From positions 1 to 56,523 of the IMG/VR virus record IMGVR_UViG_3300027749_000129: a DNA stretch of 56,523 nt. One strand, given 5' to 3'. Of this stretch, positions 36,435 to 47,325 are shown one piece after another. Under the pieces are notes generated by a model. It worked only from the letters and a program-made list of their open reading frames with translations, made no database searches and was not told where the DNA came from. The position numbers and the translations under genes were made by a program. The DNA comes from a virus (taxonomy: Duplodnaviria; Caudoviricetes). Numbering within the stretch: position 1 is the first letter of the stretch; each line of letters starts with the position of its first letter.

Positions 36435-38582
36435 ATGAAATCAAAAGTACTTCAGCGGAAGATGTTCCGTGATCCAAGCGACGATGAAAACGTTGGTATC
36501 ATGCAGGGCTTTAAGGATGATGGTCTCGACGAGATGCTTGGAGCCATGGGCAGCGATGGGTCGTCCGAGCACGAAAGTGGCGAAGAGGAGGATAGCGCGG
36601 CTAAAGCCATGGACCGTAAGCCCAATTCGCCTGAAATACTGATGAATAATCTACGCGGAGACATGCGCTCCGTGGATGCGCGCGTTGAAGAACTGGCCGA
36701 TATGGTTGGTTACAACGCGGCCGCCAATACTCCCCCTGAGGTATTAGCGCTGCTACAGCCTGTACTGAAGCAACAAGGCATAGCTGCCTTGCCTGCCGGT
36801 GGAATGGACCAAGGTTCTGCAATGCCCCCTCCGGGCGCACCGTCCGCGAACATGCCCCCACCCGGCATGGCCCCGCCATCAGATGGCGCGCCCCCGATGC
36901 CTCCTCCGGCTGGAGGGGGCATTGCATCCCTACCCCAAGGCGCACCGCCCATGGACCAAGGACCACAGGGCATGGCCCGTGGTGGATATGTGCAACATTT
37001 TCAAGACGGGTCCGATGAAGAAGGCGTGACCCCATCCCCTGATACTTCTTCCAACGACTGGAGTAACCTTACGCCTGAGCAAATTACGGCTGCGCGAACC
37101 TATACCCGTAACTATCTCGCGCAACCTCCTACGCCTACTCCCACGCTACAAGAAAAAATGGCGGAATACGTCCCCATCTATAAGACGTTATTAGGGCAAG
37201 ATAAGGGTGCTACGCAGTCACAGATGCTGTTTGACATCAGTCAACGTGCCTTAAATTACGCAGGCAACGTCAATGACAGGGGCGAAGCAATGCGTGGATC
37301 GCAGGCTGCTCGTCTTGCAGGCGCATTCGCATCGCTTCCTGCAGCTATTGGCGCGCGTGTCAGTGCGATGGCTAAAGACGATCAGGCTATTAATTTGGCC
37401 GCATTGCAGGCAGGCGAGAAAGACATCAATAGCATTCGTGCGGCTAACACCAAGCTTCTTGATGAAAAAATGAAAATACAATTGGGAATAGCCAAAGGGA
37501 AACCCGGATCCGATAACCCTTTTGGCAGTTCACTTAATGGACGAATACTTAATATTTTCAGGAATGGAGCAGCAGCTTATTCTTCTGGATCCACTAGTCA
37601 GGATCAGGATCGTATTTTTGAAAGTGCCGTATCGCAATATATGATTCCAACTACGGAGTCCTACTTGGACCCTACAGGAAGGCAGATAACGCGCACTATT
37701 GACAAGCAACTTCCTGATTTTGTAGTGGAAGCCATGGCTAAACGCAAGTCATTGGGAACTATATCGCCTAAACACGGTAGCCCCGGATTAAATGTTTTGA
37801 CTGCAGGAAGTGATACTACTGATCAGAATGAAGAAGATAATATGCCTTCTGGACCAACTGCCAATGCAACTACTGGTGCAACTACTGGTGCAACTACTGG
37901 TGCAGCTCCTATTGCAACTACTGGTGCAGCTCCTATTGCACCTACTGGTGCAGCTCCTATTGCACCTCCCAATGCCATGGCTCCTAACTTTAATCCGTCA
38001 ATGCACAATTACAATGTTAATCAAAATGCTTCAAATATATTTAACGCTGCAGGGGGTACTGGTCCTATGGGAGCCATATCTAGCGCAGTTGGAAGTTTGC
38101 CGCTTGTAGGGCCGTGGGCTATGCAGGGGCTTGATCAAAAAAGTGCTAACAATCGTACTTATATCCGTAACCAAGCTAATGCTATTACAGCCGTTTTACA
38201 GAATAGTCCTACTTATGCCCAACAGGAACGGAAGCAGATAGAGGAGTTTGTAGATATATTGCCTAATATTATAGATAACAAACAAGCATTTGAACAAAGG
38301 GCACTTCAGTTGGATACCGCCTTAGAACAAAAAATGCTTGCGGCACAAGCCGAGCTGAATACTATTAATAGAAAACCGCGAAATGAAATTACGCGAGCCG
38401 ATGCAGAGAGGCTTAGTGATGCGCAAGCCACTTTATCCATGTTAAATAATGTTAGGGTAATACTAGGCGCACCTGTTCGAATTTATAACAAAGATGACTC
38501 CCGTTTAAAAACTGCGTCCCCCGGAACTCTGTTCAGCTTTAATGGGGAAGTAAAAGCAATACCCTTTCCAAAAACCCCTTGA
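36435..38582 (+). CDS. Putative internal virion protein
   Basis: VLQRKMF start, Pro-rich tract, MARGG, ATTG/AAPI repeats. Confidence 0.6.
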   Translation: MKSKVLQRKMFRDPSDDENVGIMQGFKDDGLDEMLGAMGSDGSSEHESGEEEDSAAKAMDRKPNSPEILMNNLRGDMRSVDARVEELADMVGYNAAANTPPEVLALLQPVLKQQGIAALPAGGMDQGSAMPPPGAPSANMPPPGMAPPSDGAPPMPPPAGGGIASLPQGAPPMDQGPQGMARGGYVQHFQDGSDEEGVTPSPDTSSNDWSNLTPEQITAARTYTRNYLAQPPTPTPTLQEKMAEYVPIYKTLLGQDKGATQSQMLFDISQRALNYAGNVNDRGEAMRGSQAARLAGAFASLPAAIGARVSAMAKDDQAINLAALQAGEKDINSIRAANTKLLDEKMKIQLGIAKGKPGSDNPFGSSLNGRILNIFRNGAAAYSSGSTSQDQDRIFESAVSQYMIPTTESYLDPTGRQITRTIDKQLPDFVVEAMAKRKSLGTISPKHGSPGLNVLTAGSDTTDQNEEDNMPSGPTANATTGATTGATTGAAPIATTGAAPIAPTGAAPIAPPNAMAPNFNPSMHNYNVNQNASNIFNAAGGTGPMGAISSAVGSLPLVGPWAMQGLDQKSANNRTYIRNQANAITAVLQNSPTYAQQERKQIEEFVDILPNIIDNKQAFEQRALQLDTALEQKMLAAQAELNTINRKPRNEITRADAERLSDAQATLSMLNNVRVILGAPVRIYNKDDSRLKTASPGTLFSFNGEVKAIPFPKTP
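37866..37966 (+). repeat. 12/24-nt coding tandem repeat (ATTG / AAPI units)
   Basis: GCAACTACTGGT x3, then alternating GCAGCTCCTATT and GCA(A/C)CTACTGGT. Confidence 0.85.
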
Positions 38583-38599
38583 TCGAATAGGCACTTATT

Positions 38600-41500
38600 A
38601 TGGCGCAAGATAACAAAGATGAAGGGGCCATTCCTTTAACGACTGTTCTTACAAAACAATCCACAGTAGGTGTTCCTGATACTAAGCCCGCTGAAACCGA
38701 ATGGGACAGACTAGTTCCACCGGATTCTTCCATGGCTATAGCACCGCGCGCCCCGGATACTGCGCCAACCGCATGGGATGCACTAAGCGCTCAAGATCCT
38801 TCTGCAGATACACAAATGAAGGTGTTCGCAGCTAATGTTGCAAAATCAGCAGTAGAAGGACTGCCTACCACCGCAGGAATGATGACTGGCGCAGCCGTAG
38901 GTAGCGCATTTCTTCCTCCAGTTGGCACTATTGTCGGTGCTATAGGTGGAGGAATACTAGGCTATTTGGGTGGAGAGAAATTTGTCACTCCCTATGTAGA
39001 GAAAAAAGCTGCAGAAATTACTCCGTATGCGGAAGAGCCATTGCTGTCTGGACTCGTGCCATATGCTGAAGCAGGGAAAACAACTGGAAGTATTGTTTCA
39101 ACGATTCCATTTAGTTTTGGGCTTCCTAATCTAGTAAAACAAGCAGGCGAAAAAGCAGTTGCAGAGGCAATGGGTACGGGCGTTGTAGATACTGCTCAAT
39201 TAGATAGAGTACGACGGCTTGCGGAAGCGGATGTTGGTAAGGTTTCCAGCTTTATATCAAAGCAGGGCACTTTTGCTCGCAGTGCTCCTTTGCTTAATAT
39301 AACAAGTGAGACATTAGCCGGACTAAGCTCTGGTGCACTAGGTGGCTCACAGGTTTACTACAACCCTGAATCCCCGGGTGCACGGCTAGGTGCCGAAATA
39401 GTAGGTGGGTTTTTATTCCCCCCTAAGCTGTTGGTGACAGGGCTTGCTTCCACTAAAGGTCTATTTACCAAAGCTAAAAATATTAAAGGAATAATATTAA
39501 ATAGCCAGCAACAGAAAGCGCAAACTTTGCTCTATGACATTCTAGATAGAGCTGGGGAAGACCCTGATGCGCTGGTTAAACTGCTGGATGATCCCCGTCT
39601 TATTACGGAAACCCCAACCGTTGCACAGATAACAGGTTCTCCTGTCATTAGTGCTTTGGAAAATACCCTATTGAAACGCAATGCTGACTATGGACAAGCA
39701 ATTAATGCACAAGGAAAACGGGCATTAGCTGCATATCAATCTCTTATTCAAAAGTTAAGCGATATCGGGACTCCTGATGCATTACGTCAGGCGGCACAGA
39801 TGCGTTCGGGACAGTTTAATGATCTGTTGACCAATAGGCTTACAGCCGCAGAGTTAGATGCTACTACTACATCAAGACGCATTAACGTAAATGATCCTGA
39901 TGCAGAAATGAAAGCAGCCAATATCATGCAAGTACATGTTGCAGACGCTCTTTCCGACGCTCGGTCCTATGAGCGACAACTATGGGATCAAGCAGAGCGA
40001 GATTCTGTTGTTGTGACAAATCTTTCTGGAAAACGCACTAAGGTAGCACCCCGTCAAGTGCAACCCCTAAATGCAGGTACGACTTTCCTTGAGATGGCAA
40101 GTCGCTTTACTCCTGCACGATTTAAAGAGGGCCTGCCTCCTGCAGTACGCAGCATCATGGCAGAATTCGGCGTTACCCCCGAAACAATTGAACGTTATTC
40201 AACGGGTAAGTTGACCAAAGAATATCTAGATACCAAACAGGTTCCCAAGACCTATTTGAAAATAGATGGGGAGGATATTGTTCCTACTGTCCCTGTCTCC
40301 TATTTAATAAAAGCGCGTAGTGACTTACTGGATTTTGCAAGAAGTGCTGCTGCTAAAGGAGATGTCGCAGAGGCCTCTATCTATGGGCAAATGGGAGAAT
40401 CATTGCTAACCGATATGGATTCATTGGGGATGCCTGCATATGATAATGCACGGGCATATTCGCGTTCGCTCAATGATACGTTTACACGTACATTTGCCAA
40501 TAAACTGACTTCTACTACTACCACCGGGGCACAACGATACACTCCCGAGATGCTGGTAAATGAAGTATTTAGGGGTGGTGGCGACATGACGGCCCGCCGT
40601 ATGCTAAATATGGAAGAGGCGGTAAACTTTTCTGCAACTAAATACTCAGAAGCAGTTGACCAGTTTGGTGTTAATAGCCCACAGGCACTGGCTTTGAAAC
40701 CCCTTGCAGATAACACGGCGACGCGTGTTAATTCTATACGGGATGCACAATCACGACTTTTGATGTCTGCTGCATCGGGTAGTATCAATCCACTTACTGG
40801 ACGAGTAGATCCACTCCGGCTCACTAAGTTCGTAAATGAAAATGAAAACCTTCTTAAGCGGCTAAACTTATTTAATGATCTCAGCGATGCAACTACTGCT
40901 GAATTAACATTGCGAAATGTCACTGATCGCAATTCAGAACTGATGAAAACTGTTGGCAAACAATCAGCCTTTGCTAAAGTGCTGGCTGTGGAGAACCCTA
41001 CGCAAGCCGTAGCCAATATGTTGGACCCTACTAAAAACCCTATCCGCAATATGCAGAAGCTAGTCAATCTAGCTAAGAAGGGAGGTCCTGACGCTGTCGA
41101 TGGGCTTAAATCATCCGTCTTTGAATATGCTTATAACAAAGCCGTCTCATCGGATGGAACAATATTTGATGCTAATAAGTTTCAACAAGCGCTTTTCCAG
41201 CCGTTATCCAAGGGCCAACCTTCTGTCATGCAGTTAATGTCCCGTAATGGGATTGCTAATGCTCCTGAAATTGGTCGTACTCGCGATATTGTCAATGCTA
41301 TGCAACGTGTTACCAATGCAATGCAAGATCCCACTGCTTTAGGAAAATTGATGCAAGATGCAGATGGAATGACAGAGCTAGCTTTCTCCATCGTTGGTTC
41401 TCATTTAGGTACTGCTCTTGCACCAAAAGGGGTAAGCAGCCTGATTGCCTCATCTGCTGCGGGGAAATTCCTGCGGGGTAGTTTTCTAGATAGCCCACAG

Positions 41501-41887
41501 TTCTTGTTACAGGACGTGTTGGAGAAATCTACTCAAGATCCTGAGCTGTTTAAGGCACTTTTGAGTAGACCTAAAGATGCAAAACAAGCATTAAGTCTGC
41601 AAATCATTCTCCATAAATACGGCATAACTGCAGCCAAGAACTACGCCGAGTTTGATCCTGAAAATCCGCCAATGTATGAAGAAGAACCTTCCAGTGGTTT
41701 TGGCCCGCGTGTAAATAGGATGCCTCCTCGCAAAACGCCACCGGCTGCTGCTCCTAGTACAAGGGGGATAAACACTCCCCCTGAGTCACCGGCTGCTGCT
41801 CCTACGGGTGGCCCACCACCACAGGCGTCTGCTGGGCCGAGTAGCAAGGACCTTTATCGTCAGCTCTTCCCACTCGACATGGCATGA
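38600..41887 (+). CDS. Large putative internal virion protein
   Basis: 1095 aa, helical, Gly-rich hydrophobic segment near the N-terminus, last gene of the structural operon. Confidence 0.65.
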   Translation: MAQDNKDEGAIPLTTVLTKQSTVGVPDTKPAETEWDRLVPPDSSMAIAPRAPDTAPTAWDALSAQDPSADTQMKVFAANVAKSAVEGLPTTAGMMTGAAVGSAFLPPVGTIVGAIGGGILGYLGGEKFVTPYVEKKAAEITPYAEEPLLSGLVPYAEAGKTTGSIVSTIPFSFGLPNLVKQAGEKAVAEAMGTGVVDTAQLDRVRRLAEADVGKVSSFISKQGTFARSAPLLNITSETLAGLSSGALGGSQVYYNPESPGARLGAEIVGGFLFPPKLLVTGLASTKGLFTKAKNIKGIILNSQQQKAQTLLYDILDRAGEDPDALVKLLDDPRLITETPTVAQITGSPVISALENTLLKRNADYGQAINAQGKRALAAYQSLIQKLSDIGTPDALRQAAQMRSGQFNDLLTNRLTAAELDATTTSRRINVNDPDAEMKAANIMQVHVADALSDARSYERQLWDQAERDSVVVTNLSGKRTKVAPRQVQPLNAGTTFLEMASRFTPARFKEGLPPAVRSIMAEFGVTPETIERYSTGKLTKEYLDTKQVPKTYLKIDGEDIVPTVPVSYLIKARSDLLDFARSAAAKGDVAEASIYGQMGESLLTDMDSLGMPAYDNARAYSRSLNDTFTRTFANKLTSTTTTGAQRYTPEMLVNEVFRGGGDMTARRMLNMEEAVNFSATKYSEAVDQFGVNSPQALALKPLADNTATRVNSIRDAQSRLLMSAASGSINPLTGRVDPLRLTKFVNENENLLKRLNLFNDLSDATTAELTLRNVTDRNSELMKTVGKQSAFAKVLAVENPTQAVANMLDPTKNPIRNMQKLVNLAKKGGPDAVDGLKSSVFEYAYNKAVSSDGTIFDANKFQQALFQPLSKGQPSVMQLMSRNGIANAPEIGRTRDIVNAMQRVTNAMQDPTALGKLMQDADGMTELAFSIVGSHLGTALAPKGVSSLIASSAAGKFLRGSFLDSPQFLLQDVLEKSTQDPELFKALLSRPKDAKQALSLQIILHKYGITAAKNYAEFDPENPPMYEEEPSSGFGPRVNRMPPRKTPPAAAPSTRGINTPPESPAAAPTGGPPPQASAGPSSKDLYRQLFPLDMA

Positions 41888-42552
41888 TAGGTTTCTACGC
41901 GTTGCAACCATTCTCTCTTGTAGCGCGCGAATTCCTGACTAACACTTGAATACTCCATGGTCGTCCCGTCTTGGACGGCCATGAGTACTACGCCATATTC
42001 AATACATGTACCGTGAACAATGTCGTGTGCTAAGGCATACGCGGCCAACTGATGGAAGTAGTCATTAATCCACTCCTTCTTCTTAGGCTTATTGCTCTGC
42101 TTAAAGTCGATGATGGCAGGCTTACCTCGGTACACGCCCACTAAGTCAGTGGTTCCTGCGTACTTCTCTGGGTAGTACAACGCCACTTCTGATCCCCAGA
42201 TCTCGTCAATGTTCTGAAAGAACGTGTTGATGAGCCTGTAGCCCATCTCATAGCCCTTCGTCATCTCCCAGTTTGTAGGACGTGGCAAATCCCGGTACGC
42301 GATCATTCGTTCAATAACCGAGTGCATGTGGGTGCCAATGTTGGCAGCGGTATTCTTTATCTTCTCCGCGTTCTCTGCGCCCACCTTCGCGGCCCACGCT
42401 TCAAGGCCCGACTTGTCCTTAGTAGCAGACAGGATGGTAGTAACGCTGGGCAGGCGCTGGTCCCCATACACGTATTTCCTTCCATCAGGGTGATCTATAC
42501 GTTGTAAGCTTTCATATTTGTACAACTTGCGTATAGGAATTAAATCAACCAT
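41860..42552 (-). CDS. PD-(D/E)xK exonuclease
   Basis: LPSVTTILS, GTHMH, YAGTTDLV, IIDFKQS, QLAAYA. Confidence 0.85.
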   Translation of the reverse strand: MVDLIPIRKLYKYESLQRIDHPDGRKYVYGDQRLPSVTTILSATKDKSGLEAWAAKVGAENAEKIKNTAANIGTHMHSVIERMIAYRDLPRPTNWEMTKGYEMGYRLINTFFQNIDEIWGSEVALYYPEKYAGTTDLVGVYRGKPAIIDFKQSNKPKKKEWINDYFHQLAAYALAHDIVHGTCIEYGVVLMAVQDGTTMEYSSVSQEFARYKREWLQRVETYHAMSSGKS

Positions 42553-43997
42553 GCGCGTAAATCCTCCTCACCCATTACCTGATCCGCTATATTGATCTTG
42601 CCGCGTAACGCTTTAACGATCTTCTCATCTACTGTTTTAGGCGACATCAGGTCAATATACGTTACGCTTTTCGTTTGTCCGATGCGGTGGGCACGATCTT
42701 CTGACTGCAACCTCACCTCCAAATCAAAACTATTGCTGTAGTAAACGACAATATTAGCAGCGGTCAGCGTTAAGCCGTAGCCCCCAGTACGTGGATTGCC
42801 CACAAAGAACCGTAGGTCATTATCCATGTCTTGGAAGTCAGTGACGATCTGTTGTCGCACGCCTGCTTCAGTGTCTCCGTAATACGTAGCAACAGAGTTC
42901 ATGCCGTACTCCTTTTGGAGCGCGAGCTTTATTGCTTCAATGTCATGCCTATAGTTGGCCCAGATGATGATTTTGCCTGATGACTCTTCGATCACGGACA
43001 GCAGCTCCGTTATACGATTGTTAGGTATCTCAAGGACAGTGCCATCATCCAATTTAGTGTGGCCACAAACAATCTGGTGTAGGCGTAGTAGTTGTGTCAA
43101 CGCGTTAATGGTAGTGGTCATGCCCTCTTTGAATGAGGCCAGTGCCATTACTTTCATTTCGTTGTAAACGCGTATTTGTTCAGGTGTCAGCTCCACTTCC
43201 CGCTTGATGTAGGTCTTTGGTGGCAAATCTAAACATTCCTCTTTAGTCACACGATAAGCAAAGGTACTGAGCTTTTCCTGTAGCTCATCCAGACGTTGAT
43301 AGCCGATTACTTTCTGAAACGAGTGTGCGCCCATCGTGCGTTGGACCGTAATAGCGTAGCGTGCACGGAAAGAATAGAAGCTGGATGTTTGTAAACAATC
43401 CGGTGACAAGAAATCGCATTGCTGAAATAAATCCAACGGACTTTTCGTGACGGGAGAACCTGTCATGATGCGACGGTATTTTGCTAATTTGCCTATTTTT
43501 ACAGCGTTTTTCGCTCTACGCGCGCTGGGTGTTTTTATCGTGGTGCTTTCATCAATCACCATAAAGGCTTTGTGGTACATCAGGAACCTTTGCGCGTATT
43601 TCATCCCTTTCTCAGTGGATAACGCTTCAATATTCATGATGAGGATTTTCAAGTCCTCCGTAACCTCAAACAATGAATCCATTGACTGGAGTTCAACTTT
43701 ACGCGGGGTAGGACTCCACAAGGCCATTCTGTGGACAACATGTTCAGGCATGTGTTTAGGTATTTCAGACTCTATCCAATTTCGATAGACGCCTTTGGGG
43801 GCAATGATGAGTGCAGCGTTAACATGACCATTGTCGTATAACATGGCTATGTTGTTGATAACCATAAAACTTTTGCCTGTCCCCATGTCGGCAAACAGTG
43901 CTACGTTTTGCTTCTTCCAGTAGTCAGTTAAATACTTTTGTTGATGCACAAAAGGCTTATTCTTGTACGGATAGTTTTTTATGAACATGTCTACCAT
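42540..43997 (-). CDS. SNF2-family helicase
   Basis: DMGTGKS, IDEST, MTGSPV, GYGLTLT, QSEDRAHRIGQ. Confidence 0.9.
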   Translation of the reverse strand: MVDMFIKNYPYKNKPFVHQQKYLTDYWKKQNVALFADMGTGKSFMVINNIAMLYDNGHVNAALIIAPKGVYRNWIESEIPKHMPEHVVHRMALWSPTPRKVELQSMDSLFEVTEDLKILIMNIEALSTEKGMKYAQRFLMYHKAFMVIDESTTIKTPSARRAKNAVKIGKLAKYRRIMTGSPVTKSPLDLFQQCDFLSPDCLQTSSFYSFRARYAITVQRTMGAHSFQKVIGYQRLDELQEKLSTFAYRVTKEECLDLPPKTYIKREVELTPEQIRVYNEMKVMALASFKEGMTTTINALTQLLRLHQIVCGHTKLDDGTVLEIPNNRITELLSVIEESSGKIIIWANYRHDIEAIKLALQKEYGMNSVATYYGDTEAGVRQQIVTDFQDMDNDLRFFVGNPRTGGYGLTLTAANIVVYYSNSFDLEVRLQSEDRAHRIGQTKSVTYIDLMSPKTVDEKIVKALRGKINIADQVMGEEDLRAWLI

Positions 43998-44080
43998 GTG
44001 TATCTCCTGTATGAATTTAGACTTGCAACAAGTCCTGAGCTAATATACTCTTCAATTTCATACAGAGAAAGGAGAAAGTA

Positions 44081-44419
44081 ATGCCAGTAGTTTACGTTGT
44101 GTCCGAGACCGGACAACACAACATTACATCTGCGTTAGACTTCGGAACAATTGAAACAATCTTGCCACCCAATGCGCAGGTTGCTTTTTCAGTTGCGCCC
44201 ACAGTTAGGCGTATAAAAAGAAAGTTAGAACTTTTTGATGATAATGATTATCTACTCTTCATTGGTGATCCAACTGCCATAGGTATAGTCAGTTGTATTG
44301 CAGCAGCTAAAAACAATGGACGGTATAAATGCCTGAAGTGGGATAGGCATGAAAAGCGTTATATCCCCATACAAGTTGATCTAAACCCCCAGAAAGGAGA
44401 CAGTTATGACGATGAATAG
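44081..44419 (+). CDS. Hypothetical protein
   Basis: AAAGGAG RBS; DYLLFIGDP, LKWDR. Confidence 0.7.
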   Translation: MPVVYVVSETGQHNITSALDFGTIETILPPNAQVAFSVAPTVRRIKRKLELFDDNDYLLFIGDPTAIGIVSCIAAAKNNGRYKCLKWDRHEKRYIPIQVDLNPQKGDSYDDE

Positions 44420-44960
44420 CATGTTTGAACAGGATGCTGATGCACTCAAGGTAGCCGATGACGATATCGTAAGTATCGCGGGCCTTGCTAAACGTGCCAA
44501 GCTACTTGAGAAAGAAGTGGAAGAAATGGAGTCCGTAGTCAAAGAGCGTAAAGACCAGCTACGTAAACTGGTTGAAGAAGTTATCCCTGAAGCACTTGCA
44601 GGTATGGGGATGAAGTCATTTAAGATGGAAGACGGTTCTTCTATTGATGTGAAACCGTTCTACAGTGCCAGTATTTCTGAAGCGCGTCGTGCTGAAGCCT
44701 ATCAATGGCTCAGGGACCACGGCTTTGATGACATCATCAAGAATACAGTCAGCGTCCGTTTTGGACGCGGCGAAGACGAGCTTTGCAGCCGTTTCATAGG
44801 GCTTCTCGACGAGAAGGGCTTTCCAGCCAGTCAAACCGAGAAAATAGAACCCATGACTCTTAAGGCATGGGTAAAGGAACAGACGGAGCGAGGCAACGAG
44901 TTTCCATCTGAACTTTTTGGTGCCTACATAGGCCAAAAAGCGGTAATTAAATCAGCATAA
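44406..44960 (+). CDS. Hypothetical replication-module protein
   Basis: Coiled coil then WLRDHGFDDIIKN, EPMTLKAWVKE; AAAGGAG RBS. Confidence 0.7.
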   Translation: MTMNSMFEQDADALKVADDDIVSIAGLAKRAKLLEKEVEEMESVVKERKDQLRKLVEEVIPEALAGMGMKSFKMEDGSSIDVKPFYSASISEARRAEAYQWLRDHGFDDIIKNTVSVRFGRGEDELCSRFIGLLDEKGFPASQTEKIEPMTLKAWVKEQTERGNEFPSELFGAYIGQKAVIKSA

Positions 44961-44980
44961 CTAACCAAGAGACAAGAAAC

Positions 44981-45748
44981 ATGAGCAAGCAATCTATAGC
45001 AGTAAAGGAAAATTCCGTATTGGTTTTATCCCCCAACTTTGAATCTGATGCGAACGGTGGCTTTAAGGACATGGGGCAAGAAGACTTCGCGCTTCCATTC
45101 CTGCGTCTGCTGACCAACGTCAGTCCTGAAGTGGGTGAGGTAGATGGGGCCTTGCCGGGCATGCTCTACAATAGTGTTACTGGCCAATTGTATGATGGCA
45201 AGAAAGGTGTGCTTGTCATACCCACCAGCTACGTACGTCAGTACATTGAATGGGCACCACGTGGATCTGGGAGCGGTGCACCGTTGATGGTCTACCCATC
45301 GACTAGTGATATCATCTCTAAGACACACCGTGAAGTGGGAGATAACAAAGATTATCTGGATAACGGCAACTACATTGAAAACACAGCCAATCACTATGTG
45401 ATGGTGCTAGACAATGGCGTTCCCAATCCTGCATTGATCGTAATGAAATCCACACAGCTTAAGAAGTCGCGCAAGTGGAATAGCATGATGTTGTCAGTCA
45501 AGCTTCCTAGCAGTACTGGTACTTTGTTTACGCCACCAATGTACAGTCAGGTATACCGCTTGACTACAGTAAGCGAGTCCAATGACAAGGGCAAATGGTT
45601 CGGCTGGGAAATCGAACGTGTTGGTTCGGTTGAAGACTCCAATGTTTATAGTGCAGCAAAGTCCTTTGCTGAAACTATTAACAGTGGATCAGTAAAAGTA
45701 AAACACCAAGATGATTCAGAAGCAGCATCCTCTGATCGTATATTCTAA
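44981..45748 (+). CDS. Putative single-stranded DNA-binding protein
   Basis: LPFLRLL..SPE, YIEW, MKSTQLKKSRKWN; acidic tail ending in Phe; upstream of primase. Confidence 0.55.
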   Translation: MSKQSIAVKENSVLVLSPNFESDANGGFKDMGQEDFALPFLRLLTNVSPEVGEVDGALPGMLYNSVTGQLYDGKKGVLVIPTSYVRQYIEWAPRGSGSGAPLMVYPSTSDIISKTHREVGDNKDYLDNGNYIENTANHYVMVLDNGVPNPALIVMKSTQLKKSRKWNSMMLSVKLPSSTGTLFTPPMYSQVYRLTTVSESNDKGKWFGWEIERVGSVEDSNVYSAAKSFAETINSGSVKVKHQDDSEAASSDRIF

Positions 45749-45753
45749 GTGTG

Positions 45754-45778
45754 AGGCCGGGTAACTCCCGGCCTTTTT
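45754..45778 (+). terminator. Rho-independent terminator
   Basis: AGGCCGGG-TAACT-CCCGGCCT then TTTT. Confidence 0.75.
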
Positions 45779-45795
45779 ATACCGAGAAAGAAGAA

Positions 45796-47325
45796 ATGGT
45801 AGACATATCTCGCTTCAAGGCTATTTTTACAGGGTTAGACATAGCCTATGGAACCTATAAGATTGAAAGAGCAAAAGAGAATGGCAAGCAGGCCGGAAAG
45901 GCTGTTGTTATTCGCAAACCCCCTACCGATGATCTGTGGCAGAAGCATCTTGATGGTGTAGAACCCAGTCTAGGCATAATTCCAATACGCGCAAACAACA
46001 GTTGTATCTGGGGTTGCGTGGACATTGACCAGTATCCGCTTGATCACAAGGGGCTGGTTGAGAAGGTGCGCCGTTTAAAACTACCCATGGTTGTTTGCCG
46101 TAGCAAATCCGGCGGTGCGCATGTATTCCTATTCACTTCTGAACCAGTCCCTGCGGCGGACATGCAGCGCTTCCTCACGGCGGCGGCAGGACTACTTGGC
46201 GAGGCTGGACGCGAGATATTTCCTAAGCAGGCAGAAATATTAGTAGAGCGCGGCGATACCGGTAATTTCCTAAACCTACCCTATTTTGCAGGGGACGAAG
46301 GCCTACGTTACGCCATCAATGACGATGGCAGTGCCGCGACACTGGAAGAGTTCTACGCGCTATACGCAACTTACGTACAGACACCGCCACTGGCATTTCC
46401 AGAAGCTGCAAAGCAAGCAGAGATCATCGTAAAGGATGGTCCACCGTGCCTACAGGCACTGTGCACGCAAGGATTTCCTGAAGGCACACGTAATAACGGC
46501 ATGTTCAGCGTTGGCATTTATTTGAAGAAGGCTTACCCAGTGGGTTGGGAAGACAAAATGATGGAGTACAACCTCAAGTACTTCGCACCCCCCTTGAGCA
46601 TGTCGGAGCTGCAGATCATTAGTAAGCAGCTCGGCAAGAGGGACTATAAGTACAAGTGCAAAGATGCGCCCATCAATTCCTTCTGTAACGCAGGCCTATG
46701 CCGTACACGTAAACACGGTATTGGCGGTGATGGCCCAGACTCGCCACAGATGTCTGCACTGTCCAAATACAATTCCGAACCGCCATTATGGTTCTTAGAC
46801 GTTAACCTAAAGCGTATCGAACTGGAGACAGAACATCTCTTCAACCAGATAGCCTTCCAAAAGGCATGTGTGGAAAAGCTTAACTGCTTCCCACCCACAG
46901 TGCGTAAGCAGGACTGGGAGACAATGATCAATGGGCTGTTGAAAGAGATGGTGGAACTGGAAGCGATACAGGAAGCCTCTGATGATACGACCATCACTGG
47001 ACGCTTCGCGGATCTTGTCGAAGAATTCTGCACCCATCTCCAGCAAGCAATGGTCCGTGATGAGATATTGATGGGCCGCCCTTGGGTGGATGAAACAGAA
47101 GGCAAAGTATATTTTCGTATCAAAGACCTTGAAGCACACATGAAGCGTAATAACTTCACGGGCCTTTCAGCCCCTAAGATGGCCCAGCGACTGCGCGACA
47201 CTGGCGGTGAACCCATCAGCCTATTCTTGAAGAATCGCACCACCCGCGTGTGGCGCTTGCCACGCTTCACGACACAGGACGCACCCTTTGAAATGCCGAG
47301 GATGCAGAACAAGGCTCCCTTCTAG
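45796..47325 (+). CDS. AEP-superfamily primase with PriCT-like domain
   Basis: GCVDID, RSKSGGAHVFLF, GNFLNLPY, PPCL...EGTRNN. Confidence 0.78.
   Translation: MVDISRFKAIFTGLDIAYGTYKIERAKENGKQAGKAVVIRKPPTDDLWQKHLDGVEPSLGIIPIRANNSCIWGCVDIDQYPLDHKGLVEKVRRLKLPMVVCRSKSGGAHVFLFTSEPVPAADMQRFLTAAAGLLGEAGREIFPKQAEILVERGDTGNFLNLPYFAGDEGLRYAINDDGSAATLEEFYALYATYVQTPPLAFPEAAKQAEIIVKDGPPCLQALCTQGFPEGTRNNGMFSVGIYLKKAYPVGWEDKMMEYNLKYFAPPLSMSELQIISKQLGKRDYKYKCKDAPINSFCNAGLCRTRKHGIGGDGPDSPQMSALSKYNSEPPLWFLDVNLKRIELETEHLFNQIAFQKACVEKLNCFPPTVRKQDWETMINGLLKEMVELEAIQEASDDTTITGRFADLVEEFCTHLQQAMVRDEILMGRPWVDETEGKVYFRIKDLEAHMKRNNFTGLSAPKMAQRLRDTGGEPISLFLKNRTTRVWRLPRFTTQDAPFEMPRMQNKAPF

Noticed and set aside
40381-47312. 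Long antisense ORFs 40381..41067 and 46644..47312
   Set aside because: Shadow ORFs opposite well-supported genes, with no recognisable motifs.
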